From IMG/VR virus record IMGVR_UViG_3300020474_000005, positions 12,000 to 75,999 of that record: DNA of 64,000 nucleotides; one strand, given 5' to 3'. The translations under genes were made by a program, and so were the position numbers. This DNA comes from a virus. Below are positions 49,378 through 59,559 of this stretch, one piece after another; the first letter of the stretch is position 1; the number at the start of each line of letters is the position of its first letter. Under the pieces are notes generated by a model. The model was not told the DNA's origin. It did no database searches and was given only the letters and a program-made list of their open reading frames with translations.

Positions 49378-50022
49378 ATGCAACATGAAATGATTCCGTT
49401 ATTTTCCGTGCCTTTGATCAAAACTAACATTGGAGTAATGGATCCAGTGTCTATGGCATGGGTACGTGGGTTGGATTATCCTTCCCAAAGAACAGGTACA
49501 GATCATTCAGATGATGATTTACCTATGATGAATAGAGGTATGAAAATACTTGAAAGACCACAACTAAAAGATTTAAAATACAAAATACAAAATGCAATAA
49601 ATTATTTTGTGGGCGATGTTTTAGGCATAGTGCAAAATTTTCAAATTACAACAAGTTGGATTAACAAAACAGACAAGACAGAATACATAGACAAACATTC
49701 ACACCCAAACAGTATAATAAGTGGTGTATATTATATAAGCACAACTCCTAAATGTGCTCCAATTATTTTCAGCAAACCTCATCTATACTCTAACATTACA
49801 TTTCAAAACATACAGTTGGCGTACAGTGGTGAAAATAAAAATCAATACAATACAGATTACTATGGAATAAATCCACTGCCTGGAGAATTATTAATGTTTC
49901 CATCTTGGTTAGAACATGAAGTATTAGAACAAGGACCAGAACACAACCGTATCAGTCTAGCATTTAATACATATCCAAAAGGAGACATTGGAGAAGGTAC
50001 AAAGCAGTTAAAAATATTATGA
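49378..50022 (+). CDS. putative 2OG-Fe(II) oxygenase (TIGR02466-like)
   Basis: LFSVP, SWIN, HSHPNSIISGVYY, GELLMFPSWLEHEV and RISLAFN. Confidence 0.82.
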   Translation: MQHEMIPLFSVPLIKTNIGVMDPVSMAWVRGLDYPSQRTGTDHSDDDLPMMNRGMKILERPQLKDLKYKIQNAINYFVGDVLGIVQNFQITTSWINKTDKTEYIDKHSHPNSIISGVYYISTTPKCAPIIFSKPHLYSNITFQNIQLAYSGENKNQYNTDYYGINPLPGELLMFPSWLEHEVLEQGPEHNRISLAFNTYPKGDIGEGTKQLKIL

Positions 50023-50645
50023 TAGTTGGAATTTGTGGATTAATAGGGTCTGGAAAAGACACAATAGCAGATCATTTAGTAAAAGATCATAATTTTGTAA
50101 AAATATCCTTTGCAGATAAACTTAAAGACACAGTGGCAACATTATTCGACTGGGATCGAACGTTGCTTGACGGCAAGACCGAACAAAGTAGACTATGGAG
50201 AGAACAAGAAGATCCTTATTGGAGCAAAGAATTAAAGAAAAAAGTTACTCCAAGATATGTACTTCAAGTATTTGGAACTGAATGTATGCGTGATGGATTT
50301 TACGATGGTATTTGGGTCAGTATGTTAAAGAAGAAAGTGACTGAAAATCCAGACATAAATTGGGTTATACCCGATGTTAGATTTGAAAATGAAGTGAAAG
50401 TACTCAATGACATAGGCGGTGAAGTATGGTGGGTAAAACGTGGTCAAATTCCTATGTGGTTTAGAATGTATCAAGACATAGGTCAAAAACCTAAGGACAT
50501 ACATCCATCGGAATGGCAATGGGCAAGATCAAAATTTCATAAAGTTTTCGACAATGACAGCACTATAAATTCGCTTAAAAGTCAGGTACAAGATCACCTT
50601 GTTTCCAACGGATTCCTTCAAGGTGCAGTGTTGTTTGACAATTAG
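50019..50645 (+). CDS. deoxynucleoside monophosphate kinase (T4 gp1-like)
   Basis: GLIGSGKDT, FADKLKD, TPRYVLQVFGTE, DVRFENE and HPSE. Confidence 0.9.
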   Translation: MIVGICGLIGSGKDTIADHLVKDHNFVKISFADKLKDTVATLFDWDRTLLDGKTEQSRLWREQEDPYWSKELKKKVTPRYVLQVFGTECMRDGFYDGIWVSMLKKKVTENPDINWVIPDVRFENEVKVLNDIGGEVWWVKRGQIPMWFRMYQDIGQKPKDIHPSEWQWARSKFHKVFDNDSTINSLKSQVQDHLVSNGFLQGAVLFDN

Positions 50646-50916
50646 CACACACAGTTTTTAAATTATCAAATTTACAGTTATTAAGATTAGTGTCTATATG
50701 AAACACTCTGAAATGCTCTTTGTATTCACTTTTATGACCACACTTATCACATTGTTGCTTAGGTCTATATCCTGCCACATACCATTTGGGCATATAACCA
50801 GAAGGTCCACCATAACGTAAACACATTTCACAAAGGCTTCTATAGTAAGTCTTGTTGCCCTTTTTATAGTTTACTGCCGAGGGTCTTTCGTTGCATTTAT
50901 TACATAAAGGTCTCAT
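50575..50916 (-). CDS. Zn-binding HNH-like protein
   Basis: Four CxxC pairs and FHIDTNLNNCKFDNLKTVCANC; likely start MRPLC at 50916. Confidence 0.65.
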   Translation of the reverse strand: MRPLCNKCNERPSAVNYKKGNKTYYRSLCEMCLRYGGPSGYMPKWYVAGYRPKQQCDKCGHKSEYKEHFRVFHIDTNLNNCKFDNLKTVCANCQTTLHLEGIRWKQGDLVPDF

Positions 50917-51039
50917 ATACACGTATTTACCTGCCCTTTACCACCCCTTTTCGATGCCTTTTAATTTGGTGCATTTTACCTGTATTACATAAATACAAAC
51001 AATACAAAAGTTTTATATTAAAACTAGGAGATTTAACAC

Positions 51040-54000
51040 ATGGCAATAGTTTCACCAGGAGTACAAGTCAGCGTAATTGACGAAAGTTTTTATACACCAG
51101 CCGAACCAGGCACGGTGCCAATGATCTTTGTTGCGACAGCACAAGATAAAACATCAAGCACAGGAACAGGAACAGCATCAGGAACAACAGCGGCTAACGC
51201 CGGCAAAGTTTTCTTAATGACTTCTCAAAGAGAGTTAGCAGAAACGTTTGGTGATCCAGTATTCAAAACAGATACAAGCAATAATCCAATCCATGGTGGT
51301 GAAACTAATGAGTTTGGATTACAAGCGGCTTATTCATACTTAGGTGTTGCCAACAGAGCATACGTTGTAAGAGCAGATGTTGACTTAGGTCAATTAGAAG
51401 CAAGTGCAAATGCACCAGCGGCAAATCCAGCATCAGGAACATATTGGTTTGACACAGCAAGTTCAAGATATGGTATATTTGAATGGAATGGTTCAGCGGC
51501 AACTGTAACAGGTGGTCAATCATTCACAAACAAAATTCCAACAGTAATCACATCAACTACACAATTATCAGCAGGACTAGGAAGTGCACCAAAAACTTCA
51601 GTTGGTTCAATTGGTGATTATGCGATTACGGCTACAGACACAAACAACGATGTATACTACAAACAATACGACGGAAGTTGGGTTGCAGTAGGAACAGCGG
51701 CTTGGGTAGCATCAAGACCAACAATAGCAGGTGGTACTCCAGGTACTATCACAGGTGGTCAAAATTTCACAATCACTATTAACAGTGCGGCAACAACAAT
51801 CACAGCAAGTGGTACAACAGTTACAGATATAGCAAGTGATATCAGCGGTGCTGGTGTTTCAGGTTTATCTGCAAGAGTTAATGGTGGTAAATTAGATATT
51901 CATTACAACGGTTCAAATGATAGTGCAGTAATAATAGCAGATGGTACAATGACGATCTCAACTGCTTTAGGTATTACAGCAGGAACTTATTATGTTCCAG
52001 CAGTATCAGTTGCACCACACACTTCAGTACCAGCGTTCAAATCAGGCGACACGAATCCAAGACCAACAGGTTCTTTATGGTTCAAAACAACTGATCCAAA
52101 CTTAGGTGCAAAATGGAGTGTTAAAAAATTCAACGGCACAACAAAACTTTGGGAAGAAGTAAGTGCACCACTTTACGCAAGTAACGAAAGTGCATTATAC
52201 AATCTAGACAGAGCAGGTGGCGGAAAAAACATTGCAGTTGGTAACCTTTACATTAACTACGGTAACGGAACAACTGAAACAGATTTCATTATCCACAGAA
52301 GAGAAAACACAGCAAACACAACTATTACATCATCAGCAGTTGCAACAGGTCAAGGTGCTGGTAGTAAATCATTTACGATTGCAGAATCAATTGTAGGTCA
52401 AGAAGCACTTAACAGTGCAATTACTGTAACGGTTACAACAAACAATAACTCAGCAGACGCAGATGTTATTGCAGGTGGCATTAACGGTGCAGGATTTACT
52501 AACGTCGTAGCAAGTGTTGATTCACAAAACAGAGTAGTGATCGAACACAACGATGGTGGTGAGTTTGTTATTGTTGATACAAATGGTTTAATAGAAGCAA
52601 TTGGTTTAACAAACGCTTCAACAAATTTAGGATTTGAGCCAGGAACAACAAACGCAACAAGTCCAAAACAATTCAGAGCAAGTAACTGGAAAATTTTAAC
52701 TTATACTGCAAGTGCAAACGCAGTAACTTCATTAACTACAAACGGACAACTATGGTACAGTTCAGTTGTAGATCAAGTTGACATCATGGTACACAACGGT
52801 ACAACATGGAAAGGTTACACTGGAGTTTATACAAATACAGATCCAGCAGGTCCACAAGTTTCAGCAACTGCTCCAACTACACAATCAGATGGAACGGCTC
52901 TTGTAGCAAACGACTTATGGATAAGCACAGCAGATTTAGAATCATATGCAAACATTTACAGATGGAACGCAAACAGTTTGAAATGGGAAGTACTAGACAA
53001 CTCAGATCAAACTACTGAAAACGGTGTCCTATTTGCAGATGCAAGATTTGGAACTTCAGGTGGTACGGCAACAGTTGCTCCATCAGGAACTATTGCAGAA
53101 TTACTATCAAGTGACTTCTTAGATCCAGATGCTCCAGATCCAGCATTATATCCAAAAGGTATATTGTTATTCAACACAAGACGTTCTGGATTTAACGTTA
53201 AGAAATTTGTAAGAAACAGTATTGATACAACAGCAACTAACTTAAGACAAGGTGGTGCTAGTATGTCTGCTTACTATCCACACAGATGGGTAACTGAGTC
53301 TGCTAACCAAACAGATGGTGCAGGTTCTTTCGGAAGAAAAGCACAAAGAAAAGTTGTTGTACAAGGTTTACAAGCATTAGTAACAAGCAACCAAGAAATC
53401 AGAGACGACGAATCAAGATTATTCAACGTAATGGCAACTCCAGGTTATCCAGAGTTGATTGGTGAAATGATCACATTAAACACTGACAGAGGATTATCAG
53501 CGTTTATACTTGGTGACTCACCAATGAGATTAACTCCTGATTCAACTTCATTAGCCAACTGGGCGACAAACGTAAACAAAGCAGTTGAAGATAATGACAA
53601 CGGTTTAGTTTCAACTAACTCATACTTGGGTGTGTTTTATCCATCAGGATTCACAACAGACAACTTTGGAAACAACATTGTTGTTCCAGCATCACACATG
53701 ATGTTAAGAACTATTGCATTAAGCGATCAAGTTTCTTTCCCATGGTTTGCTCCAGCAGGTACAAGAAGAGGTGGTATTACAAATGCAAGTTCAACAGGTT
53801 ACATCAACAGCGAAGGTGAATTTGTTTCAACAGCATTAAATGAAGGTCAAAGAGACACTTTATACACAAACAAAGTTAACCCAATTACGTTTATTACAGG
53901 TGCAGGTTTAGTCAACTACGGACAAAAAACTAGATTTGCTGGTACAAGTTCTTTAGATAGAATCAATGTATCAAGACTAGTAATTTACTTAAGAAGTCAA

Positions 54001-54273
54001 TTAAACAAACTTGCAAGACCATTCGTGTTTGAGCCAAATGATAAAATCACAAGAGATGAAATCAAGGCACAAGCAGAAAGTTTATTACTAGAACTTGTAG
54101 GTAACAGAGCAATTTTTGACTTCCTAGTAGTATGTGACGAATCAAACAACACACCTACAAGAATAGACAGAAACGAGTTGTATTTAGATATTGCGATTGA
54201 ACCAGTCAAAGCAGTTGAGTTCGTTTACATACCGTTAAGATTGAAAAATACTGGCGAAATAGCAGGATTATAA
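51040..54273 (+). CDS. gp18: contractile tail sheath protein (1077 aa)
   Basis: SPGVQVSVIDES N-terminus; PWFAPAG..RG, LY..KVNPI, GQKT, LDRINVSRL, FEPND and PVKAVEFVYI. Confidence 0.93.
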   Translation: MAIVSPGVQVSVIDESFYTPAEPGTVPMIFVATAQDKTSSTGTGTASGTTAANAGKVFLMTSQRELAETFGDPVFKTDTSNNPIHGGETNEFGLQAAYSYLGVANRAYVVRADVDLGQLEASANAPAANPASGTYWFDTASSRYGIFEWNGSAATVTGGQSFTNKIPTVITSTTQLSAGLGSAPKTSVGSIGDYAITATDTNNDVYYKQYDGSWVAVGTAAWVASRPTIAGGTPGTITGGQNFTITINSAATTITASGTTVTDIASDISGAGVSGLSARVNGGKLDIHYNGSNDSAVIIADGTMTISTALGITAGTYYVPAVSVAPHTSVPAFKSGDTNPRPTGSLWFKTTDPNLGAKWSVKKFNGTTKLWEEVSAPLYASNESALYNLDRAGGGKNIAVGNLYINYGNGTTETDFIIHRRENTANTTITSSAVATGQGAGSKSFTIAESIVGQEALNSAITVTVTTNNNSADADVIAGGINGAGFTNVVASVDSQNRVVIEHNDGGEFVIVDTNGLIEAIGLTNASTNLGFEPGTTNATSPKQFRASNWKILTYTASANAVTSLTTNGQLWYSSVVDQVDIMVHNGTTWKGYTGVYTNTDPAGPQVSATAPTTQSDGTALVANDLWISTADLESYANIYRWNANSLKWEVLDNSDQTTENGVLFADARFGTSGGTATVAPSGTIAELLSSDFLDPDAPDPALYPKGILLFNTRRSGFNVKKFVRNSIDTTATNLRQGGASMSAYYPHRWVTESANQTDGAGSFGRKAQRKVVVQGLQALVTSNQEIRDDESRLFNVMATPGYPELIGEMITLNTDRGLSAFILGDSPMRLTPDSTSLANWATNVNKAVEDNDNGLVSTNSYLGVFYPSGFTTDNFGNNIVVPASHMMLRTIALSDQVSFPWFAPAGTRRGGITNASSTGYINSEGEFVSTALNEGQRDTLYTNKVNPITFITGAGLVNYGQKTRFAGTSSLDRINVSRLVIYLRSQLNKLARPFVFEPNDKITRDEIKAQAESLLLELVGNRAIFDFLVVCDESNNTPTRIDRNELYLDIAIEPVKAVEFVYIPLRLKNTGEIAGL

Positions 54274-54299
54274 TAAGATAAATATTATAGGAGAAACAA

Positions 54300-54926
54300 A
54301 TGAGTATATCTACACTATCAAAACTTACAGTCCCATTGAATAGTAGCCAAAGTGCTTCTAATCAAGGTCTGTTAATGCCTAAATTACAGTATCGTTTTAG
54401 AGTAAGTTTAGAAAACTTCGGTGTTTCTACACCTACAACAGAATTAACTAAACAGGTGGTAGATATTACAAGACCTAATTTATCTTTTGAACAAGTAACT
54501 GTTGATGTTTACAACTCAAAAGTTTACCTTGCTGGTAAGCACACATGGGAAGCAGTAACATTAACTTTAAGAGAAGACGTATCAAACAACGTACAAAAAT
54601 TAGTTGGTGAACAACTACAGAAACAATTCGATTTCTTTGAACAAAGTGCGGCGGCTTCAGGTTCAGACTACAAATTTGTTACTAGAATAGAAATTACAGA
54701 TGGTGCTAACGGTGCCAATGCAGTTAACGTTTTAGAAACATTTGAATTGTATGGTTGCTACATAGATTCAGCAAACTACAATCAGTTAGCATACGGTACT
54801 AGCGATCCAGTTACTGTAACGCTATCATTAAGATATGACAACGCAATCCAAACTCCACAAGGTACAGGAGTAGGAACAGCAGTAGGTAGAACTACAAATA
54901 CTCTAATTACAGGCGGCGGTGCATAA
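54300..54926 (+). CDS. gp19: tail tube protein
   Basis: Follows the sheath gene; PKLQYRFRV, AGKHTWE and LSLRYDNA. Confidence 0.85.
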   Translation: MSISTLSKLTVPLNSSQSASNQGLLMPKLQYRFRVSLENFGVSTPTTELTKQVVDITRPNLSFEQVTVDVYNSKVYLAGKHTWEAVTLTLREDVSNNVQKLVGEQLQKQFDFFEQSAAASGSDYKFVTRIEITDGANGANAVNVLETFELYGCYIDSANYNQLAYGTSDPVTVTLSLRYDNAIQTPQGTGVGTAVGRTTNTLITGGGA

Positions 54927-54951
54927 TTTTCGTAAGCATTTATAAATTTAG

Positions 54952-54978
54952 AAAGGGGGCTACGGCCCCTTTTTTATT
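54952..54978 (+). terminator. Rho-independent terminator
   Basis: AAAGGGGGC-TACG-GCCCCTTTTTT: UNCG loop followed by a U tract. Confidence 0.9.
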
Positions 54979-55016
54979 CTGTGACCCACCATTTTTACGA
55001 TACATAAATACAGTAT

Positions 55017-56141
55017 ATGGCAAATTTCTTAAAAGGTTTTTTAGACAACGTACTAAAAGGAACACTAAATCCAAAAGGTAATCTGGCGGATTTTGCCCAT
55101 GCATCTAGATTATATGTAGATGACAGTTTTAGATTAGCACCCAAGCAAAAGTTTTTATATCATGTTGTTTTTAATTTAAATCCAAACAGTTTGAAATCAG
55201 ACCCACCACTAGGAAATCATAACAATGAATTGAATATGTTGGTGAAAAATATAGATTTACCTAAGTACACAATTGATATGGCAACTGTACAACAATACAA
55301 TAAAAAAAGGAAATTACATACACGTATTGCTTATGATCCAGTCACTATTGTATTCCATGATGACAACTATGGTGTGACCACTGCATTATGGGAATCATAT
55401 TATAGATATTATTTCCAAGATGGAAACTATGCAAAACCTAACACAGTAGGCGATCCATCTACAACATATCCTGAATATAGAAGAAGCCAAATTTTTGAAA
55501 GCAATTACAGTAAAAGATTTGGTCTAGATAACGATGCTGTGGAACCATTCTTTACAAGTATTCAAATTTATCAAATGGCAAGGAAAACTTATACTTGCTA
55601 TACACTTGTTAATCCTTTGATTCAACAATGGCAACACGACACATTGAACAATCAAGAAAGTGGACCAGTTGCTAACCAAATGACAGTAGAATACGAAACA
55701 GTTTTTTATTCAAGAGGCAGAGTAATGGCAAACGGTGCACCTACAGGATTTGGGAAGGAACATTACGACAAAACTCCATCTCCTAATTCTTTATCAGGTG
55801 GTGGTTCAACAAGTTTACTTGGCACGGGTGGTGTGTTATCAGATTTATTTGGAGCCAACGATGGTCCATACACTTATATAGGAAGTGCTTTAGGAAGTTC
55901 AAGAGGCGGGATTACTTTAGGTTCTATAATTAGAACAGCAAACAGATTAAAAAATGCAAAAAAACTTTCTAAAGAAGGTCTTGCACAAGAAGGTTTTAAT
56001 ATACTTACAGGTGCAATAGGAAGGATAGGTGGAACTGCGGATTCGGCTTACGGAATTCCAAACACATTTATTGGTAGAAGTGTAAGTAATATTAGAACAG
56101 GTGTTACACTTGGCATTAAAAAAATTAGAGGGGGACTATAA
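55017..56141 (+). CDS. tail-tube-like baseplate protein (gp19/gp48/gp54 fold)
   Basis: LVKNIDLPKY...QYN.KR...YDPVTIVFHDD...LVNP.I..W.HD...MTVEYE. Confidence 0.6.
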   Translation: MANFLKGFLDNVLKGTLNPKGNLADFAHASRLYVDDSFRLAPKQKFLYHVVFNLNPNSLKSDPPLGNHNNELNMLVKNIDLPKYTIDMATVQQYNKKRKLHTRIAYDPVTIVFHDDNYGVTTALWESYYRYYFQDGNYAKPNTVGDPSTTYPEYRRSQIFESNYSKRFGLDNDAVEPFFTSIQIYQMARKTYTCYTLVNPLIQQWQHDTLNNQESGPVANQMTVEYETVFYSRGRVMANGAPTGFGKEHYDKTPSPNSLSGGGSTSLLGTGGVLSDLFGANDGPYTYIGSALGSSRGGITLGSIIRTANRLKNAKKLSKEGLAQEGFNILTGAIGRIGGTADSAYGIPNTFIGRSVSNIRTGVTLGIKKIRGGL

Positions 56142-56503
56142 TGAGTAATATACCTAATGAATCCAAAGATAGTCAAACACCAGTAAAAGAATTTTTTGAC
56201 AATTATTTTAATGAAACTTTAACGTTTCCAGGTGCAGAAGTAGATGCTGTTGTAGGATATTTTGAGAGTAGAGGATTCGATAAAACATCTAGTATAAGCA
56301 CAGCATCAGTTATATTGCAACAAGCAAAAATTGATAACGTAAAAGTATTTGAATTATTAGATACTCTAAAAGGTTTAAATGGAACACAGTTAAGTTACAT
56401 AGTTACTGAAGTTTTAAACAACAACAGAGTGAACACATCCTCACTTGGTTACAAAGTTCAATCACCTGAAGACCTTACTGAAAAACGCAACATAGTGGTT
56501 TAA
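56141..56503 (+). CDS. hypothetical protein (120 aa)
   Basis: TAATG coupling to the previous gene. Confidence 0.7.
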   Translation: MSNIPNESKDSQTPVKEFFDNYFNETLTFPGAEVDAVVGYFESRGFDKTSSISTASVILQQAKIDNVKVFELLDTLKGLNGTQLSYIVTEVLNNNRVNTSSLGYKVQSPEDLTEKRNIVV

Positions 56504-56507
56504 TACA

Positions 56508-56936
56508 ATGGCAAAGTTTGCTCAGGGAAGATATAATATGAAAAATCCTGACAAGTACATTGGTGGAAAAACGCCTCTGTATAGAAGCAGTTGGGAGTTC
56601 GCATTTATGAGATTTTGTGATGAAAGTCCAAGCATACAAAAATGGGCAAGTGAATCTATTCGTATTCCATACAGACATCCTTTCACTGGTAAATTTACAA
56701 TTTACGTTCCAGACTTTTTTATAGCATACGCAGATAAGAATGGAAAACAACACGCAGAGGTAATTGAAATAAAACCAGAAAACCAAACAATCTTAGAAAA
56801 AGCAAAGTCAAAACAGAATCAAGGTCAATTAATTGTGAACAGAGCAAAATGGAAAAATGCACAACTATGGTGCAAGAACAAAGGCTTTAGATTTAGAATT
56901 ATAAATGAAAAAGATATCTTCCATGGCGCAAGATGA
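56508..56936 (+). CDS. gp4: T4 gp4-like head completion nuclease (TnsA-like PD-(D/E)xK)
   Basis: NPDKY.G...YRSSWE..FM..CD, WASE.I.IPY, YVPDF, IEIKP and NRAKW. Confidence 0.85.
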   Translation: MAKFAQGRYNMKNPDKYIGGKTPLYRSSWEFAFMRFCDESPSIQKWASESIRIPYRHPFTGKFTIYVPDFFIAYADKNGKQHAEVIEIKPENQTILEKAKSKQNQGQLIVNRAKWKNAQLWCKNKGFRFRIINEKDIFHGAR

Positions 56937-57472
56937 GTACGTTAAAAATAAGACAATGGGCGTGGCCCTTTATTAAAAACTTCCGTACATACATAGACGT
57001 AGGTGCGTTCAACGGAGACACATCTGGTCCATTTGTAAATGATTTCAAAAGAGTGATAGCATTTGAACCCAGTCCTATAACATTTCCACATATTCCAGAT
57101 ACAGTTGAAAAATACAATGTTGCTTTAGGCAATCAACATGAAATACAAACACTGAAGGTTCCTGGTGGGACTGGAAATCCTGTTCATGGTAGTCTTGTAA
57201 GATATGGCAAAGGTGTAATTGAACACGAAGTTCCTGTAAAATGTTTAGACGATTATAATTTTGAGGACGTAGATTTTATAAAAATAGATGTGGAATGGTA
57301 TGAATTAAAAGTATGTCAAGGTGCGGAAAACACAATTAAAAAATATATGCCTACTATAATGTTTGAAAATAAACGCAACGAAGCAGATGACTGCAAACAA
57401 TACCTAAAAACACTAGGCTACACTACTAAATGGTACAAATCAGATACCGTTGCTTACACACTTGATAGATAA
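56933..57472 (+). CDS. FkbM-family methyltransferase
   Basis: IDVGAFNG, AFEP, ALG and LDDY....VDFIKIDVE..E. Confidence 0.85.
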   Translation: MSTLKIRQWAWPFIKNFRTYIDVGAFNGDTSGPFVNDFKRVIAFEPSPITFPHIPDTVEKYNVALGNQHEIQTLKVPGGTGNPVHGSLVRYGKGVIEHEVPVKCLDDYNFEDVDFIKIDVEWYELKVCQGAENTIKKYMPTIMFENKRNEADDCKQYLKTLGYTTKWYKSDTVAYTLDR

Positions 57473-57483
57473 ATACGTATATA

Positions 57484-57933
57484 ATGAAAAGACTAGATAT
57501 TAGCGATCAAACGGCAATCAGTATGCCAATGAAGAACTTGATAGCCATTGTGTCAGCAGTGGCAGTTGGTGTATGGGCATACTTTGGTGTAATTGAGAGA
57601 TTAAACAAAATAGAAACCAAAGCAGTGCTTTTGGAAAGAGACATGACAGCCGAAGATGAGAGATTACACAGCGAAGTCACAAAAAATACAGATTTTAGGA
57701 TCAAATGGCCAAGAGGCGAATTAGGTCAATCACAAAGTGATTTAGAACAATACATGATGATTGAAGAGTTGTACAAAAATATAGATAAAATGCAACAGCA
57801 TTTAGACAGTATGGCTAACAATAAGATTAATATAGAATTTTTACAAGAACAAATGGAAAAAGCACAAAAGAATATTGATAAACTTAAAGATGCTGATAGG
57901 GAAATAGTTTACAAAAACGGAAACGGAAAATAG
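57484..57933 (+). CDS. N-terminal TM helix plus coiled-coil protein
   Basis: LIAIVSAVAVGVWAYFGVI followed by a heptad-rich region. Confidence 0.7.
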   Translation: MKRLDISDQTAISMPMKNLIAIVSAVAVGVWAYFGVIERLNKIETKAVLLERDMTAEDERLHSEVTKNTDFRIKWPRGELGQSQSDLEQYMMIEELYKNIDKMQQHLDSMANNKINIEFLQEQMEKAQKNIDKLKDADREIVYKNGNGK

Positions 57934-58145
57934 TGTTTAAAATGTTCGCAATCATGTGCGTGGTCACATTAGTAGATTGCAGAACAATGTATGAGGATCC
58001 ACCTAGAACATTCAATACAAAGGCAGAATGTTTAGCGGCGGCAGTTGAGAAAGAAAAGAGTACGAGAGAAATGCTTACTGATGAGGACGGATTTTTGACT
58101 GTTGAACACCTAGAAGTTGGATGTGAAAAGGAGAAAACGATATGA
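57933..58145 (+). CDS. small protein with hydrophobic N-terminus and 4 Cys
   Basis: GTG start overlaps the previous stop. Confidence 0.55.
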   Translation: MFKMFAIMCVVTLVDCRTMYEDPPRTFNTKAECLAAAVEKEKSTREMLTDEDGFLTVEHLEVGCEKEKTI

Positions 58146-58354
58146 TTGAAACAGTAGTAGCCTTGTTGATGTTCGTTAACAACGAAATCAAGGAACACAG
58201 AATCCAAGAAAATATGGCATTGTGTCTAAGGGGAAAAAGAACTGCTGAACGTCAATTTAGTGCAGGTACAAAGTATCAGTGCATCAGGACAAAAGCGGAA
58301 CTTGAAGAAAACATAGACGGTTCAAGATCAATTAAAAAGATTATAATAGAATAA
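58142..58354 (+). CDS. small protein with hydrophobic N-terminus and 2 Cys
   Basis: AGGAG RBS and ATGA overlap. Confidence 0.7.
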   Translation: MIETVVALLMFVNNEIKEHRIQENMALCLRGKRTAERQFSAGTKYQCIRTKAELEENIDGSRSIKKIIIE

Positions 58355-58422
58355 TGGAAAAGTTAATATTTTGGATTATTGTCATCGCGATAGCAACCTA
58401 TCTTGGAATATACGTTTGGTAG
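58354..58422 (+). CDS. 22-aa single-TM micropeptide (MEKLIFWIIVIAIATYLGIYVW)
   Basis: TAATG-coupled to the previous gene; almost entirely hydrophobic. Confidence 0.5.
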   Translation: MEKLIFWIIVIAIATYLGIYVW

Positions 58423-58450
58423 TCAACCATAAATATTTTTAGCAAAAGTT

Positions 58451-58981
58451 ATGACCAAAAAATTAGAAGAATTACTGAATCTGCCCGAATCACAGGAAAT
58501 TGTGAAAGAGGAAAAAGAGAAGGCAGAAGTACAGGACAAGAAGGCTGAGGACAAACAACAATCATTAGAAGCACAAAAGACAACCATGCGTGATATTGCT
58601 GAATTTGACAAGATTGCGGCGGCATTACCTAAGGTAGAAGGACTGGGAGAAATGGGCGATTCCGAGCTCGATGACGTCGGCACACGGGCGATAAGTGCCT
58701 ATGAGGATCTCATGGACTTAGGCATGAACGTAGAAAGCAGATACAGTGCCCGTATTTTTGAGGTTGCAGGACAGATGTTGAAGACCACTTTAGACGCAAA
58801 AGTGGCTAAAATGGACAAGAAATTGAAGATGGTTGACCTACAATTAAAGAAGCAAAAGCAAGACACCAAGTCTGGTGACGGTGATGCAACTGTTATTCCG
58901 GGCGAAGGATACGTGGTAACTGACCGGAACAGTTTACTCGAAAAACTTAAAAAGATGGATAAATACAACGATGACAAGTAA
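58451..58981 (+). CDS. putative terminase small subunit (gp16-like)
   Basis: Helical ARIFEVAGQMLKT...coiled coil...DRNSLLE architecture; lies upstream of TerL. Confidence 0.45.
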   Translation: MTKKLEELLNLPESQEIVKEEKEKAEVQDKKAEDKQQSLEAQKTTMRDIAEFDKIAAALPKVEGLGEMGDSELDDVGTRAISAYEDLMDLGMNVESRYSARIFEVAGQMLKTTLDAKVAKMDKKLKMVDLQLKKQKQDTKSGDGDATVIPGEGYVVTDRNSLLEKLKKMDKYNDDK

Positions 58982-59555
58982 ATTACAACAGATATTAGCA
59001 GAAAGCAAAAGAACATACCCATTCAAAATTGGTATAGTTGGTGAGCCTAAAGACATAGACGTAGGCTTACTAGAAAACGCACTTCAAAAATTCGTAGTAG
59101 AAAAAATGAGTTCAGGCAAAAAGACTCCTATTACAAAAAGACCATTGGATTTTCCACACATTGAGAATCAAAGTGTCACATATTTCGACGTAGAATTAAC
59201 ATACCCAACAACAAGTGCTGTATTACACAACTACCTAACAAAATCTTTAGGCATTGCTGAAGCACACATGGTAGTTAGACATCCTAATGAACCAACAGAA
59301 CAGTATCAAGCAGACAAAGATGATGCTCCATATGAAGCAAAATTAAATTCACCATATGAAGACAGCAAGGACGAACAGAAGTCAGCAGGTTCAAGTAGAG
59401 TAATGGATTTATTAAAAGAATTAGAAAAAGACAGAAAAGACAGATCAGCACCAGACGCCGCAAGTGGTATTAAACCAGGCGGTAATGTACTTCCAAACGA
59501 AGGCGACAGCAAAAACAAAATGTCACCTATTTCAGGAAAGTCGAAAGGTAAATAA
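58971..59555 (+). CDS. hypothetical late protein (194 aa)
   Basis: TAAATA ends 5 nt before the ATG. Confidence 0.7.
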   Translation: MTSKLQQILAESKRTYPFKIGIVGEPKDIDVGLLENALQKFVVEKMSSGKKTPITKRPLDFPHIENQSVTYFDVELTYPTTSAVLHNYLTKSLGIAEAHMVVRHPNEPTEQYQADKDDAPYEAKLNSPYEDSKDEQKSAGSSRVMDLLKELEKDRKDRSAPDAASGIKPGGNVLPNEGDSKNKMSPISGKSKGK

Positions 59556-59559
59556 TAAT

